NCBI GenBank assembly: GCA_963456355.1
Contig: CAUOLK010000001.1
Location: forward strand, 1 to 63,317
Source of the DNA: an uncultured Candidatus Saccharibacteria bacterium
GTDB lineage: Bacteria > Patescibacteriota > Saccharimonadia > Saccharimonadales > Saccharimonadaceae
Length of the DNA: 63,317 nt
Direction: 5' to 3'
In this document: piece by piece, positions 1 to 10,414 of the stretch
Layout of the letters: each line of letters opens with the position of its first letter
Position numbering within the stretch: position 1 is the first letter of the stretch
The notes under the pieces: generated by a model
Databases searched by the model: none
The model's input: the letters and a program-made list of their open reading frames with translations, nothing else
Told to the model about the DNA's origin: nothing
Position numbers and translations under genes: made by a program

Positions 1-2
1 GT

Positions 3-803
3 TCTATTTACGTCAAAGGGCGGGCGCTCGGAATCGGGCTGGGTTGGGTTAATGCCGGTCGGCTTGACCGGATCGGCATGGCCCGAGGATTAAAGCTGGC
101 GGCTCGTCTGGCCTATCAGCAGCTACCGACCGAGCTAAGAGATAAAGCTGATAACCTGGTGATCGACGGTAATATTAACCTGTTAGACGACTCGGAGGCG
201 ACTGTGCTGGTCAAGGCCGATGCCAAGGTACAGGCGGTTTCCGCCGCCTCGATCGTGGCTAAGGTGGCAAGAGACCACTATATGAGTCGATTAGCCGAGC
301 TTTACCCGGGCTATGGCTTTGAGCGACATATGGGCTATGGCACTAGAGACCACTTGCGGGCGATTCGAGACCGGGGAGTTATCCCCGGTGTGCATCGACT
401 GAGCTTTCGACCGGTTCGACAGTTCTTGGGCGAGGAAATAACGACTAAGAGTCGGTCCGCTCAGACCGCCGGTCAGCTGGCGGAGGCGGAAGCGGCGAAC
501 TATCTGGTCCGACAAGGCTATACTATAGTTGATCGTAATTGGCGGACTAAGTACTGCGAGGTTGATATCATAGCGAAGAAAAGTGACCGGATCTACTTCG
601 TCGAGGTTAAATATCGGGAGGTGGATCGGCATGGCAAAGGGCTTGACGCTATTACGCCTGCCAAGCTACGCCAAATGCACCTGGGTGCAGAAATGTATCT
701 GCTGTGGCAGAGTCAGCAGTGTCGGGGGTTGAGCCCGCAGCTGATGGCGATGTCACTCAGCGGTACCCCACCTCAAGTCGACGACCAAGTCGCTATTGTT
801 TGA
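3..803 (+). CDS. rnhB: RNase HII fused to a C-terminal YraN (UPF0102) nuclease-like domain; 5'-partial
   Basis: Frame is open from position 3. RNase HII motifs VIDGN, KADAK..AVSAASIVAKVARD, YGFERHMGYGT and HRLSF are followed in frame by YraN motifs GQLAEAEAANYL, RNWRTKYCEVDII and YFVEVKYR. Confidence 0.9.
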   Translation, partial: SIYVKGRALGIGLGWVNAGRLDRIGMARGLKLAARLAYQQLPTELRDKADNLVIDGNINLLDDSEATVLVKADAKVQAVSAASIVAKVARDHYMSRLAELYPGYGFERHMGYGTRDHLRAIRDRGVIPGVHRLSFRPVRQFLGEEITTKSRSAQTAGQLAEAEAANYLVRQGYTIVDRNWRTKYCEVDIIAKKSDRIYFVEVKYREVDRHGKGLDAITPAKLRQMHLGAEMYLLWQSQQCRGLSPQLMAMSLSGTPPQVDDQVAIV

Positions 804-867
804 CACTTTGCCTAGTGATGCTGTAGTATTCACCTAACTATTCATAGTCGTACCTTAGGAGGTAACG

Positions 868-1539
868 ATGGCACAGGTGGAGATGGCAATGGCCGGATCA
901 AAGGGGATTGTCCCCGGAGCGAGTCGTTCGGTGGCGTACTACAGTGGCCATGAGTTGGTTTTCTTAGCCACTAAGTATCTAATGAGGTCACTAAAGGGGC
1001 TGAGGCGAAGCGAGATAGAGGACGTTTACGTCGGTCGTCCTCAAGAAGATGGGACGGATCGGCCTCGCATCAAGTATCGTTTGATCTGCAATGAAAATGT
1101 TCGTCAAGCCTTAATGGTGGTAAAGGAGCCAAGTAAGTACGACGTGGAGCGCTTCGGCGTGACCACGGTGGCGCTGACTGACCTGGAGTACCGGCTGATG
1201 ACGGTCGGGCTTGGCGAAGCGCAGTGTCCGAGAGTGGTGAAGAACCGCTACCGTATCGAGCATTTACTCGGTAGCTCATTGAAACTCAATCAGGAGGCAC
1301 GGGCGTATGCCTATGTCTACAAGGGCGATCTGAAAGGACTGGTGACGGTTAATTTCAAGAACTTGACCGAGCGAAAATTTGAGGAGGTGCTTGATAGCAC
1401 CAGCTTGCTATTGGGGAGGTGTTGCAACCTGGTTGAAGGGGCGGCACTAGCCGGTCGCACTTATCGGGAGCTGGCATCATACCTGGAAGGCGACCTTCAC
1501 TACCGCAAGTTACCTCCGTGGAGCAGACTGGCTGACTAG
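868..1539 (+). CDS. Degenerate CYTH (triphosphate tunnel)-like protein
   Basis: AGGAGG RBS upstream. Spacing of ELVFL, EIEDVY, RIKYR, RVVKNRY, YKGDLKGLVTVNF and LAGRTY resembles CYTH-family proteins, but the acidic catalytic residues are replaced. Confidence 0.5.
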   Translation: MAQVEMAMAGSKGIVPGASRSVAYYSGHELVFLATKYLMRSLKGLRRSEIEDVYVGRPQEDGTDRPRIKYRLICNENVRQALMVVKEPSKYDVERFGVTTVALTDLEYRLMTVGLGEAQCPRVVKNRYRIEHLLGSSLKLNQEARAYAYVYKGDLKGLVTVNFKNLTERKFEEVLDSTSLLLGRCCNLVEGAALAGRTYRELASYLEGDLHYRKLPPWSRLAD

Positions 1540-1558
1540 CCGGTCTACTTCCACCTAA

Positions 1559-1582
1559 GCCCTCTCGTTTCGACGGGAGGGC
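1559..1582. terminator. Hairpin between convergent genes
   Basis: GCCCTCTCGT-TTCG-ACGGGAGGGC: 10-bp stem with one G-U pair and a UUCG loop. Confidence 0.65.
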
Positions 1583-4062
1583 TATAACCTTCGCCGGAGA
1601 AAGTCCGTTAGGATGGGCTGATTACGTTTGATCCAGCGGAGACGACGGACGATATCGTTGTGCCCCAGCTTGATCGTCCGACTAAGAGCCGGCGCATTGA
1701 TGCCCCTAAAGAAATTATCGTATTCAATCAGCTGATCATCGGTACTGAGATGATGCCCGGCGACTTGGACGTAGCTGTCGTAATTCATATCGCCACCGAA
1801 GACTTCCTCAATCCATGACCAATTATGTCTGATCCAACACCAAGCGGTCGAACGGGTATATCGGTTGGCCATTAATCCGCTGATGAAGTAGTAATTATCT
1901 TGTGGTCGGATCAGCGCAGTGACAGTTGAGCCGGTCAGTAGCTTATCAGCTTGACTGAGGTCAGTAGTTGCGGTTAAAGCACTACAGATGTCCAGACGCA
2001 ATTCGACATCTTGGACCGAGAGATAGAGTTCCCATAGCTGATCAAAAACGCCCGGTCGAGCTAGCCTGACCTCGGCGGAGAGAACGACTGATCGGAGGTT
2101 GCTGTCGATTTGGCTGATATCCGCAACGTGCTGTTGGTAGAGATCGTCGCAGTAGGCGATCGCCTGTTCATCCCGGGCATAGACCAGTCTGGACAAGATG
2201 ATGGGTCGAGCCTTAGTGTCATTAATATCGTCTGTATGGTCTTGGAAGATACGGGTAAATTGACCTTTGAATAAACCGGAGACGAATTGTCTCAGCGCGG
2301 CTTGTTCGTCTGAATTTAGGTCAACCAATCGATCCAGCCCGGCAGTCAGCCCGGCCACCTTACCGATTATCGCTTGATTAGTCTCGTGTCCGGCCTCGCT
2401 TAGCAGATCTAATTGTTGGCTGATGTCGCGACGACCGAGCTGAGATAGGAAGAATGATTCTTGGAGAAGCTCAATCTTGTCGATAGTACCAAGGTCGCTA
2501 AATCGTCGGCGTAGTCCGGTGAAGAGCTGATCATCGTATTCGGTCAGATAGTGACCGTCACCACCGACATTGAGTTGAATTGTTTGATCAGTTGGTGCAT
2601 CCAGAACGATCTCGGGTTCGGTCATTAACTTAGGTACGTCCGGCAGATTGCAAAATAGGGGTACGGGACGAGTTTCAACGGGTGATTCGGCGTGCAAGGG
2701 AGTCTGTTTTAGTCGGAGTCTCTTTGGCTCTATTAAGTCGGCGGTGATAATCGGGTAGCCCGGCTCAGTCAGCCACGACTTCATCAGCTGAGCGATATCC
2801 AGTTTACTAACCTCAGACATTGCTTGCCACAGGTCGTCGGCAACAGTATTGCCATACTTGTGCTTAGTAAAGTAGTGCTTGAGGGCTCGACGGAACTGCT
2901 CTTCGCCGATCAATCGGCGGAGCATCTTCATCAGTCTCTCTCCCTTGATATAGACGATCGCTCCGTCAAATAAGGTGGCGATCTCGTCAGGCGAGCCGAC
3001 CGTCTGCCGGACGGCTTGGACACCGGCGAGAGAGTCTCGGGTCAGAGCGTAAAAGACATCGCTAGCCTGGAAGTCATCCATGACGTGATACTCAGGGTGT
3101 AGCCGGTCGGTTACAATATGCTCCATCAAACTGGCGAAGCTTTCGTTGAGCCAGAGATCATCCCACCACGCCATCGTTACTAAATTACCGAACCATTGGT
3201 GGGCGATCTCGTGAGTGATAGTGATGGCGACGGACTCTCGGGTGTCTACGGCGGAGTTATTGTCTGCCAGCATCGCTGACTCTCGATAAGTGATCAGCCC
3301 CCAATTCTCCATCGCTCCGGCAGAGAAGTCGGGTAGTGCTACGTTATCCAGTTTGGGTAGAGGATAGTCGATTCCGAAATAGTCCTCGTAAAATTCAACC
3401 GACTTGACGGCTGTATCTAAGGCGTAGTCCAGCAATCCGGTCGGTTGAGCCGGGGTAGCATAGACATTGACTTTGACGCCTCGCTTAGTTCGATCGGATT
3501 TACTGACAAAGTTACCACCGACAAAAGCCAGCAAATAAGTCGACATCTTGGGTGTAGTCTGAAAACGCCAGGTATGATTGACCTGTTCGCCGGGCATGTT
3601 GGATAGGACAGTCTGTACGTCGGGACTGTTAACGGTAATGGATAAGTCAAAGGTAGCTTTGGCTGACGGCTCATCAACACAGGGAAAGCATTTTCTGGCA
3701 TAGTGTGACTCAAACTGAGTGGCAAACAAGCGGCAAGTATGCCCGTCCTGACGATATTTACAGAGATACAGCCCATTCATGGCTGTATCGCTAAGCCGTC
3801 CTTGAAACTGGACGGTAATCTCATTGGCGGTGTCGTCAATGATAAGTTCGTCTTCACTTAATCGCCAGTCGGGACCATCGTTTCGCTCCGTTTTGACCGA
3901 TAAGATATCCAGATCTTTACTGTGTAGTCTGGCCTGCTTGCCGATAGTCTCTCCTGTTACGGTGACTTGTCCACTGAAGCGTGACTGCTCCGGCTCTATG
4001 TTCAATTGCAATTGATAGTGCTGTGGCGCAAAATAATCCAACAATCGTCTAATCTTCCCCAT
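1582..4062 (-). CDS. pepN: M1 family aminopeptidase N
   Basis: GAMENWG and HEIAHQWFGN...LWLNE motifs plus an ERAP-like C-terminus. Start moved to the ATG at 4062 (MGKIRR), 6 nt after a TACAAT box. Confidence 0.93.
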   Translation of the reverse strand: MGKIRRLLDYFAPQHYQLQLNIEPEQSRFSGQVTVTGETIGKQARLHSKDLDILSVKTERNDGPDWRLSEDELIIDDTANEITVQFQGRLSDTAMNGLYLCKYRQDGHTCRLFATQFESHYARKCFPCVDEPSAKATFDLSITVNSPDVQTVLSNMPGEQVNHTWRFQTTPKMSTYLLAFVGGNFVSKSDRTKRGVKVNVYATPAQPTGLLDYALDTAVKSVEFYEDYFGIDYPLPKLDNVALPDFSAGAMENWGLITYRESAMLADNNSAVDTRESVAITITHEIAHQWFGNLVTMAWWDDLWLNESFASLMEHIVTDRLHPEYHVMDDFQASDVFYALTRDSLAGVQAVRQTVGSPDEIATLFDGAIVYIKGERLMKMLRRLIGEEQFRRALKHYFTKHKYGNTVADDLWQAMSEVSKLDIAQLMKSWLTEPGYPIITADLIEPKRLRLKQTPLHAESPVETRPVPLFCNLPDVPKLMTEPEIVLDAPTDQTIQLNVGGDGHYLTEYDDQLFTGLRRRFSDLGTIDKIELLQESFFLSQLGRRDISQQLDLLSEAGHETNQAIIGKVAGLTAGLDRLVDLNSDEQAALRQFVSGLFKGQFTRIFQDHTDDINDTKARPIILSRLVYARDEQAIAYCDDLYQQHVADISQIDSNLRSVVLSAEVRLARPGVFDQLWELYLSVQDVELRLDICSALTATTDLSQADKLLTGSTVTALIRPQDNYYFISGLMANRYTRSTAWCWIRHNWSWIEEVFGGDMNYDSYVQVAGHHLSTDDQLIEYDNFFRGINAPALSRTIKLGHNDIVRRLRWIKRNQPILTDFLRRRL

Positions 4063-4067
4063 AATTA

Positions 4068-4079
4068 TATTGTACAATA
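4068..4079. promoter_or_regulatory. Palindromic bidirectional -10 element (TATTGTACAATA) for the divergent pepN and vanZ-like genes
   Basis: Reads TACAAT on both strands, 6 and 7 nt from the two ATGs, which are only 23 bp apart. Confidence 0.6.
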
Positions 4080-4085
4080 GGTGCG

Positions 4086-5360
4086 ATGGCACAATATCAA
4101 CATGTGGTATGGCAAGCGATGATTGCCTTCCCGATACTGGCGGCGGTAGTGACGCTACCTTATTTGATCTACTGCTACCGTAAATACGGTTCGGTGCTGG
4201 GGCTTAGGGTGCCGATTATTTACTCGTTTATCTTATATCTGTTGTGCTGCTACTTCCTAGTTATCATGCCCCTGCCCAGTCGGGAATATGTTGCCAAGCT
4301 GACCGGCCCCAGGCTTCAGCTGGTACCCTTTGCTTTTATCGGCGATATCGGGCGGGAAGCGGGTGCACTGGGTGGTGACCTGCTCAGTGCGGTGAAGTCG
4401 ATTATCGCCAATAAGGCTACTTATCAAGCGTTGATGAATCTACTGATGTTTGTACCGTTCGGTGTCTACCTGCATTATTATTTCGGCTATAAGCGGCGTC
4501 GGGTAGTAGTCGCCTCGCTAGGTTTGTCGCTCTTCTTTGAGCTAACCCAGCTGACAGGACTATACTTCATTTATCCCCGGAGCTACCGGCTGTTTGATGT
4601 CGATGATCTGATGATGAATACCCTGGGCGGACTCCTGGGCTACCTAGCGGCAATCCCGCTAGCCAAGTTCTTGCCTAGTCGAGCCGACATTAATCGAGCC
4701 AGCTATCGACGCAGTCGGAAAGTGTCGCTTCTCAGGCGTTTAGTGGCGCTATTTTGTGATGCAGTCTGTGCCGGTGGGCTGGTGATGGCGGTCAATCTGG
4801 GGCTAAATCTGGCAGGGAGGCATCCTGGTGCTATTTCGGACGTGATAACGGTCGGTTTGCCGATCTTCGGCTATTTCGCTTTCTTGCCGATCGTCTTCAA
4901 CAGTCAGACAGTTGGACAAAAGCTGACTCGGATGCAGGTAGCTCGCCTTAGGGGTAAGCCGGCTCGTTGGTACCAGCTGATCATGCGGATAGTTATTGTC
5001 GCCATCGTTATGGTGGCAATTCCCTATGCAGTGATGAGTGGCGTGATCTGGCTGGACGCTCATGGACTGATTAACAGTAAAGGAACAACGATCCTATCAA
5101 TAGTGGTGCTGGCGGGCTATGGTTTCTTCGTGCTGGTTCAGCTGATCAGAGCTTTGGCTCGGCGACCGCTCTTTTATGAGCGATGGACTGGGACCAAGCT
5201 GGTCTCGACGACTGCCATTACTCCGACGGGGCAGTTAAAGGAGGACGAACCGGCTGACGACGAAGCCGGTAAGGCTGAGTCGGCTGAGACGGAGACTCAG
5301 TCTGAGCCTCAAACCGAGGTCAATGATGACGGCGACACTAAAGAGAAAGACGCCTCGTAG
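4086..5360 (+). CDS. VanZ-family + RDD-domain membrane protein
   Basis: VanZ motifs NLLMFVPFG, SLFFELTQ and RLFDVDDLMMNTLGG. RDD motifs RRLVALFCD and QTVGQKL. Acidic tail. Confidence 0.85.
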   Translation: MAQYQHVVWQAMIAFPILAAVVTLPYLIYCYRKYGSVLGLRVPIIYSFILYLLCCYFLVIMPLPSREYVAKLTGPRLQLVPFAFIGDIGREAGALGGDLLSAVKSIIANKATYQALMNLLMFVPFGVYLHYYFGYKRRRVVVASLGLSLFFELTQLTGLYFIYPRSYRLFDVDDLMMNTLGGLLGYLAAIPLAKFLPSRADINRASYRRSRKVSLLRRLVALFCDAVCAGGLVMAVNLGLNLAGRHPGAISDVITVGLPIFGYFAFLPIVFNSQTVGQKLTRMQVARLRGKPARWYQLIMRIVIVAIVMVAIPYAVMSGVIWLDAHGLINSKGTTILSIVVLAGYGFFVLVQLIRALARRPLFYERWTGTKLVSTTAITPTGQLKEDEPADDEAGKAESAETETQSEPQTEVNDDGDTKEKDAS

Positions 5361-5413
5361 CGCCCGAGTGTATTGCGTGATGGTGGCCGGTCTGCTAATA
5401 TACTAGTATCAGA

Positions 5414-5437
5414 TCCGGCCGGCAGGTCGGACTTTTT
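5414..5437 (+). promoter_or_regulatory. Leader hairpin with short U-tract upstream of nusA (possible attenuator)
   Basis: TCCGGCC-GGCA-GGTCGGA-C-TTTTT lies between a TTGCGT-N17-TAATAT promoter candidate and the nusA RBS. Confidence 0.45.
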
Positions 5438-5454
5438 AATCAGAAGGGAGATGT

Positions 5455-6495
5455 ATGGAAGGGCTGGATATCAAACAAATGATCACGATGGTGCATTCAA
5501 TTGCCGACGAGAAGAATCTCTCCGAAGACGAGGTAATGCAGGCGGTGGAGGCGGCGATTGCGGCTGCCTGGCGCCGAGACAACGGCACTAGAGAGATGAA
5601 CGTGCGAGCTGAACTTAATCGAGAAGACGGCACTGCTAAGGTGATCGTTCATTATGACGTAGTTGAGACTCCCGAGGGGATAGGCCAGATTACCTTAGAG
5701 GAAGCAAAGAAGATTGACAAAAAAGCTCTGCTCGGCGGTGTGATTGAGCAGGAGTTTGAAGCGAAGAGCTTCGGACGGGTGGCGGCTCAGACTGCTAAGC
5801 AAGTACTCTTGCAGAAGCTGCGAGAGTTCGAGCGGGAGACTATGGCGAATGAATATGGTAATAAGATCGGCAAGATCATTACCGGCACAGTGATCCGGGT
5901 AGAGTCGAGAGTGATCCGACTGGATCTGGGGCATGGCGAGGGAATTATGCCCGGTAGCGAGCAGATCCCGGGGGAGCACTTGGTGACCGGCAGTCGTATC
6001 CGAGCCCTGCTGAAGAATATTGACCGAGACAGCAACCGTGGCCCGACCATCATCTTGTCTCGGGCTGACGCTCAGTTCGTTAAACTCTTGTTCCTTCAGG
6101 AAGTACCTGAGATTGAGACGGGCACGGTCGAGATCAAGGCGATCGCCAGAGAGGCGGGGCGACGCACTAAGATTGCTGTCTATAGCAGCAGTAGTGATAT
6201 TGATCCGGTGGGGACTTTTGTCGGGACGAAAGGCGTGCGGGTTCAGGCGGTGATGAATGAGATTGGTGACACGGAGAAGATTGATATCATCACCTACGAC
6301 CATGATATCCGCAACTACATCGCCAATGCTCTAAGCCCGGCGGAAATTAGTCGAATCGATGTTAATGAATCAGATAAAACAGCTACCGTATATGTGACCG
6401 AGGCGCAACAGTCGGTTGCCATCGGGCGACAGGGACAGAATGTCCGTTTGGCTTCTCAGCTGACCGGTTATGACATTGATATCGTAACGGAATAA
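5455..6495 (+). CDS. nusA: Transcription termination/antitermination factor NusA
   Basis: FGRVAAQTAKQV, S1 domain, AREAGRRTKIAV, DPVG..VG..GVRV and AIGRQGQNVRLASQLTG. Confidence 0.97.
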   Translation: MEGLDIKQMITMVHSIADEKNLSEDEVMQAVEAAIAAAWRRDNGTREMNVRAELNREDGTAKVIVHYDVVETPEGIGQITLEEAKKIDKKALLGGVIEQEFEAKSFGRVAAQTAKQVLLQKLREFERETMANEYGNKIGKIITGTVIRVESRVIRLDLGHGEGIMPGSEQIPGEHLVTGSRIRALLKNIDRDSNRGPTIILSRADAQFVKLLFLQEVPEIETGTVEIKAIAREAGRRTKIAVYSSSSDIDPVGTFVGTKGVRVQAVMNEIGDTEKIDIITYDHDIRNYIANALSPAEISRIDVNESDKTATVYVTEAQQSVAIGRQGQNVRLASQLTGYDIDIVTE

Positions 6496-6500
6496 GATAG

Positions 6501-6527
6501 TTAGCACTCTTGTTGATAGAGTGCTAA
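6501..6527. promoter_or_regulatory. CIRCE operator (HrcA binding site)
   Basis: Exact consensus TTAGCACTC-N9(TTGTTGATA)-GAGTGCTAA, ending 17 nt before the clpC ATG. Confidence 0.93.
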
Positions 6528-6544
6528 TTTGTTATTATTGAAGC

Positions 6545-9031
6545 ATGGATTACTTTGACCGACTGGCTGATGACGCTCGAGCTGCCTTAAAGCAGGCTGA
6601 ACTGCTGGCGCATTTGACCAGGTCTCCTAAGCTGGAGACCAGCCACTTGCTCCTAGCGATCATTGGTCAGGACGAGACTCCGGCGGCTACTCTGCTGAGA
6701 GAGATGAATGTTGACCCTGAGCCTATCCGGCTGGCGATCAAGCTGAAGCCGGGCATCGTTGTCTCGAATGGGCCGATTTCCATTGAGCCGTCCGGTACGG
6801 TGAAGGTGACGGTTAATATGGCGGTTCGTCTAGCCGAGGAAGCGGGCGAAAGTAGCTGTGATACTACCTACTTGCTATTTTGTATGATCTGCCAAAGAGG
6901 AGCTAAGGCCGGTGTGCTGCTGGAGCAGCAGGGTGTCGATATCGATGAACTGATGAATCATATCACTCGTTTTCTGCAGGACGATAAGCCGTCTTATGTC
7001 GAAGCTGGCGAGGCGCAGTCAGGACACAAAGACGGTCGGGCCGGCGGTTCGTTCCTTAGTAAATATACGACTGACTTGACCAGGCTGGCGCAGGCCGGTC
7101 AGCTTGACCCGGTGATCGGACGTCAAGCGGAGATAGATCGTTTGATTACCATTATCAGTCGCAAGACGAAGAATAATCCGGTACTGATTGGCGAAGCCGG
7201 TGTCGGTAAGACGGCGGTCGTAGAGGGCTTAGCTCGGCAGATCGCCTGTGGTGAGGTGCCTGATTTCTTGCAGCGCAAGCACCTGCTGGAGGTTGACCTG
7301 GGGGCGATGGTGGCAGGGACGAAATATCGAGGTGAGTTTGAGGATCGTCTGAAACGTCTGATCAAGGAGGTCGACACTGACGACAATGTGATCATTTTCA
7401 TTGACGAGCTTCACTTGCTGGTCGGGGCAGGCTCGGCTGAGGGCTCTATGGATGCAGCTAATCTGCTAAAACCCGCTTTGGCTCGGGGTAAGTTTCGCCT
7501 GATCGGTGCTACCACTAGCGACGAATATCGTAAGTTTGTCGAGAAGGATACGGCTCTGGCTCGCCGGTTGCAGGAGATCGTAGTTAAAGCACCCGGCACG
7601 GCTGACACGATCAAGATCTTGACCGGACTGGCGCCTCGCTATGAGGAATATCATCATGTGCGGATCTCGAAAGATGTGATCAGTGAAGTGGTGCGACTGA
7701 GTGACCGATATCTCAGTGAGCGTCAGCAGCCGGACAAGGCGATCGACGTGCTGGACGAGACGGCGGCTCGAGTACGGATCGCTAATGCCGGTAGTGAGCA
7801 GGCTAAGGAGTTGATGGCCTATCGGGCAGAGGCTAAGAAGTTAGCCAAAGATATGGAACGGGTTGTGGCCGAAGAAGATTATGAGCATGCCGCTCTCTAC
7901 AAGATGCGTCTTAGCCAGCTCAAAGATCTGATTGGTCACCTGGAAAAGAAGCAGAGCGAGGGCGATTTTGTGGCTGTCAAGGTTAATGACGTGGCTCGCT
8001 CGGTGAGTCAGATGACCGGTATCCCGCTGGAGCAACTCAAGCGATCCGAGGCGGTCAAGCTGGCGAATCTGGAGAAGCGGCTCGGCGACCGGGTGATTGG
8101 TCAGCATCAGGCGATTGAAGCAGTGGCTCAGGCAATCAGGCGTTCCCGAGCCGGTATCGGTGATCCGCACCGACCGATCGGCTCGTTTATCTTTCTCGGT
8201 TCAACCGGGGTAGGCAAGACGGAGCTGGCTCGGGTGCTGGCTCAAGAGGTGTTTGGCTCTGATAAGAGCCTGATCAAGGTAGATATGAGCGAATACACCG
8301 AGCGGCATACTGTATCACGTTTGGTCGGAGCGCCGGCCGGCTATGTCGGCTATGACGACGGCGGCCAGCTGACCGAACGGGTGCGCCGGCAACCTTACTC
8401 GGTGGTGCTATTCGATGAGATTGAGAAGGCCCATCCTGACGTCTTTAATATCTTGCTCCAGATCCTGGAGGACGGTGTCTTGACTGATGGTCACGGCAAG
8501 GTAGTTGACTTCTCTAACTGTGTCATTATTCTGACCAGTAATGTGGGGGCGAGCGAACTTGGTCGAGAATCGGTCGGCTATGCTGTCTCGGGCGAGGAAG
8601 CAACCGACGCTCATCGTCGTTTACGGTGCGAGAAAGCACTAAAAGCCCTGCGTCAGACGATGCGTCCGGAGTTAATTAACCGTTTTGATAAAGTGGTGCT
8701 ATTTAACGGCTTGGGCGCCAAGGAGGTCGGTCAAATCTTGAATATCATGCTGGAGCGACTAAGCCGACGTCTCCAGCCTAAGGGCATAGCCTTTACTATC
8801 ACGCCGAAGCTACGGCGCTATCTGATTGATCATGGCTACGACGCTAAGTATGGTGCCAGGCCGCTACGTCGGATCATCCAAGATAAGCTGGAGAGTGTCC
8901 TGGCGGATCAGCTAATCCTCGGCAAGATCAAGCGAGGGCAAGTGGTGCGAGCTGATCTGACTAATGGTGATGAGGTAGTGATCAAGGCTCAGTCCGGCGT
9001 AGCGACTAATCGACGCCTCAGGGCAGTGTGA
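6545..9031 (+). CDS. clpC: ATP-dependent Clp protease ATP-binding subunit, ClpC type
   Basis: Clp-N repeats, two AAA+ modules ([16 protein letters not shown]) and a short UVR-like middle domain (EEDYEHAA). Confidence 0.92.
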   Translation: MDYFDRLADDARAALKQAELLAHLTRSPKLETSHLLLAIIGQDETPAATLLREMNVDPEPIRLAIKLKPGIVVSNGPISIEPSGTVKVTVNMAVRLAEEAGESSCDTTYLLFCMICQRGAKAGVLLEQQGVDIDELMNHITRFLQDDKPSYVEAGEAQSGHKDGRAGGSFLSKYTTDLTRLAQAGQLDPVIGRQAEIDRLITIISRKTKNNPVLIGEAGVGKTAVVEGLARQIACGEVPDFLQRKHLLEVDLGAMVAGTKYRGEFEDRLKRLIKEVDTDDNVIIFIDELHLLVGAGSAEGSMDAANLLKPALARGKFRLIGATTSDEYRKFVEKDTALARRLQEIVVKAPGTADTIKILTGLAPRYEEYHHVRISKDVISEVVRLSDRYLSERQQPDKAIDVLDETAARVRIANAGSEQAKELMAYRAEAKKLAKDMERVVAEEDYEHAALYKMRLSQLKDLIGHLEKKQSEGDFVAVKVNDVARSVSQMTGIPLEQLKRSEAVKLANLEKRLGDRVIGQHQAIEAVAQAIRRSRAGIGDPHRPIGSFIFLGSTGVGKTELARVLAQEVFGSDKSLIKVDMSEYTERHTVSRLVGAPAGYVGYDDGGQLTERVRRQPYSVVLFDEIEKAHPDVFNILLQILEDGVLTDGHGKVVDFSNCVIILTSNVGASELGRESVGYAVSGEEATDAHRRLRCEKALKALRQTMRPELINRFDKVVLFNGLGAKEVGQILNIMLERLSRRLQPKGIAFTITPKLRRYLIDHGYDAKYGARPLRRIIQDKLESVLADQLILGKIKRGQVVRADLTNGDEVVIKAQSGVATNRRLRAV

Positions 9032-9041
9032 TAACCGGGCT

Positions 9042-10388
9042 ATGGCTAAATCCAAGACTAAGTTTGTCTGCCAGCAGTGCGGGGCGGTATACCCTAAATG
9101 GACGGGACGATGTGAGAATTGCGGTTCGTGGAATTCGCTGGTAGAGACCATCCCGGCACCGGTCGGTAAGTCGGCGGTAGCCCGTAGCAGCGGTCAGGTT
9201 ATTCGTCCGGAACGAATCAAAGATGTGGCGGTGGATCGGGTGAGCGCTCGACTGGATACGGGTATAGCTGACCTGAATGTCGTCCTGGGCGGCGGCTTGA
9301 TGCCGGGCGGAGTGACTTTGATCGCCGGCCAGCCGGGTATTGGTAAGTCAACTATTCTGATGCAAGTTAGCTCTCATATCGCCAAAGGCAAGAAAGTACT
9401 CTACGCCAGCGGTGAAGAGTCGGTCTCGCAGATCAAGCTGCGGGCGGCTAGATTGGGAGCCGGCGGTAGTGACGATCTCTTTTTAGTGGCGACGACTTCG
9501 GCTGATGATATTGCTGCTACCATTGCCGGCGGTGAATATCAGGTAGCGATCGTTGACTCGATGCAAACAGTGGCGCTAGCCGAAGTATCCAGTGCACCGG
9601 GTACCGTTAGCCAGATCACTAATAGTGCCAATATTATCATCCGGGCGGCCAAGCAAACCAATACAGCCGTGATCTTAGTCGGACACATCACTAAGGAAGG
9701 ATCAATTGCCGGACCAAAGATTTTAGAGCATCTGGTCGATACGGTGCTTAGCTTTGAGGGAGACCGCTATGGCGGTTTTAAGATGATTCGGGCGGTCAAG
9801 AACCGTTACGGCTCAACATCGGAGGTCGCCATCATGGATATGACACAGCAGGGGCTGCGAGTGGTCAACAACCCTAGCGCCACTTTGCTGGCTGAGCGGG
9901 CTGATACCGATGGCTCAATAGTCCTGGCAACCCTGGAGGGCAACCGACCGCTATTAGTCGAAGTGCAGGCACTGGTGAATAAAACCAGCTTCGGCTACCC
10001 GAAGCGGACGGCTAGCGGCTTTGATGTTAACCGCTTGACTTTACTGGTGGCAGTACTGGAGCGCCGCACTAAGCTACGGTTGGCTGATCGGGATATCTTT
10101 ATCAATATCGTAGGTGGACTCAAGCTAAATGACCGGGCGGCTGATTTAGCCATCTGTATGGCGATTGCCTCAGCCACGGCAGAGCGTAAGCTCAAGGATG
10201 GGGCGGTGGTCTTCGGTGAGATTGGACTAGGCGGCGAGATCCGATCAGCGATTATGTCTGAGCGGCGAATCGCCGAAGCCAAGAAGCTGGGCTTTAAGTA
10301 TGCTATTGCCCCGAGGAGTGCTGCGAAAGACAAATTTGTTATCCCTGCCACCGACTTGAGGGATGCTCTTAATCAGCATTTACATTAG
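9042..10388 (+). CDS. radA: DNA repair protein RadA/Sms
   Basis: CxxC..W.G.CxxC zinc finger, GQPGIGKS, KNRYG motif and Lon-like C-terminus. Confidence 0.97.
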   Translation: MAKSKTKFVCQQCGAVYPKWTGRCENCGSWNSLVETIPAPVGKSAVARSSGQVIRPERIKDVAVDRVSARLDTGIADLNVVLGGGLMPGGVTLIAGQPGIGKSTILMQVSSHIAKGKKVLYASGEESVSQIKLRAARLGAGGSDDLFLVATTSADDIAATIAGGEYQVAIVDSMQTVALAEVSSAPGTVSQITNSANIIIRAAKQTNTAVILVGHITKEGSIAGPKILEHLVDTVLSFEGDRYGGFKMIRAVKNRYGSTSEVAIMDMTQQGLRVVNNPSATLLAERADTDGSIVLATLEGNRPLLVEVQALVNKTSFGYPKRTASGFDVNRLTLLVAVLERRTKLRLADRDIFINIVGGLKLNDRAADLAICMAIASATAERKLKDGAVVFGEIGLGGEIRSAIMSERRIAEAKKLGFKYAIAPRSAAKDKFVIPATDLRDALNQHLH

Positions 10389-10414
10389 GGCTATGCTACA
10401 ATTTTACTGCCACC

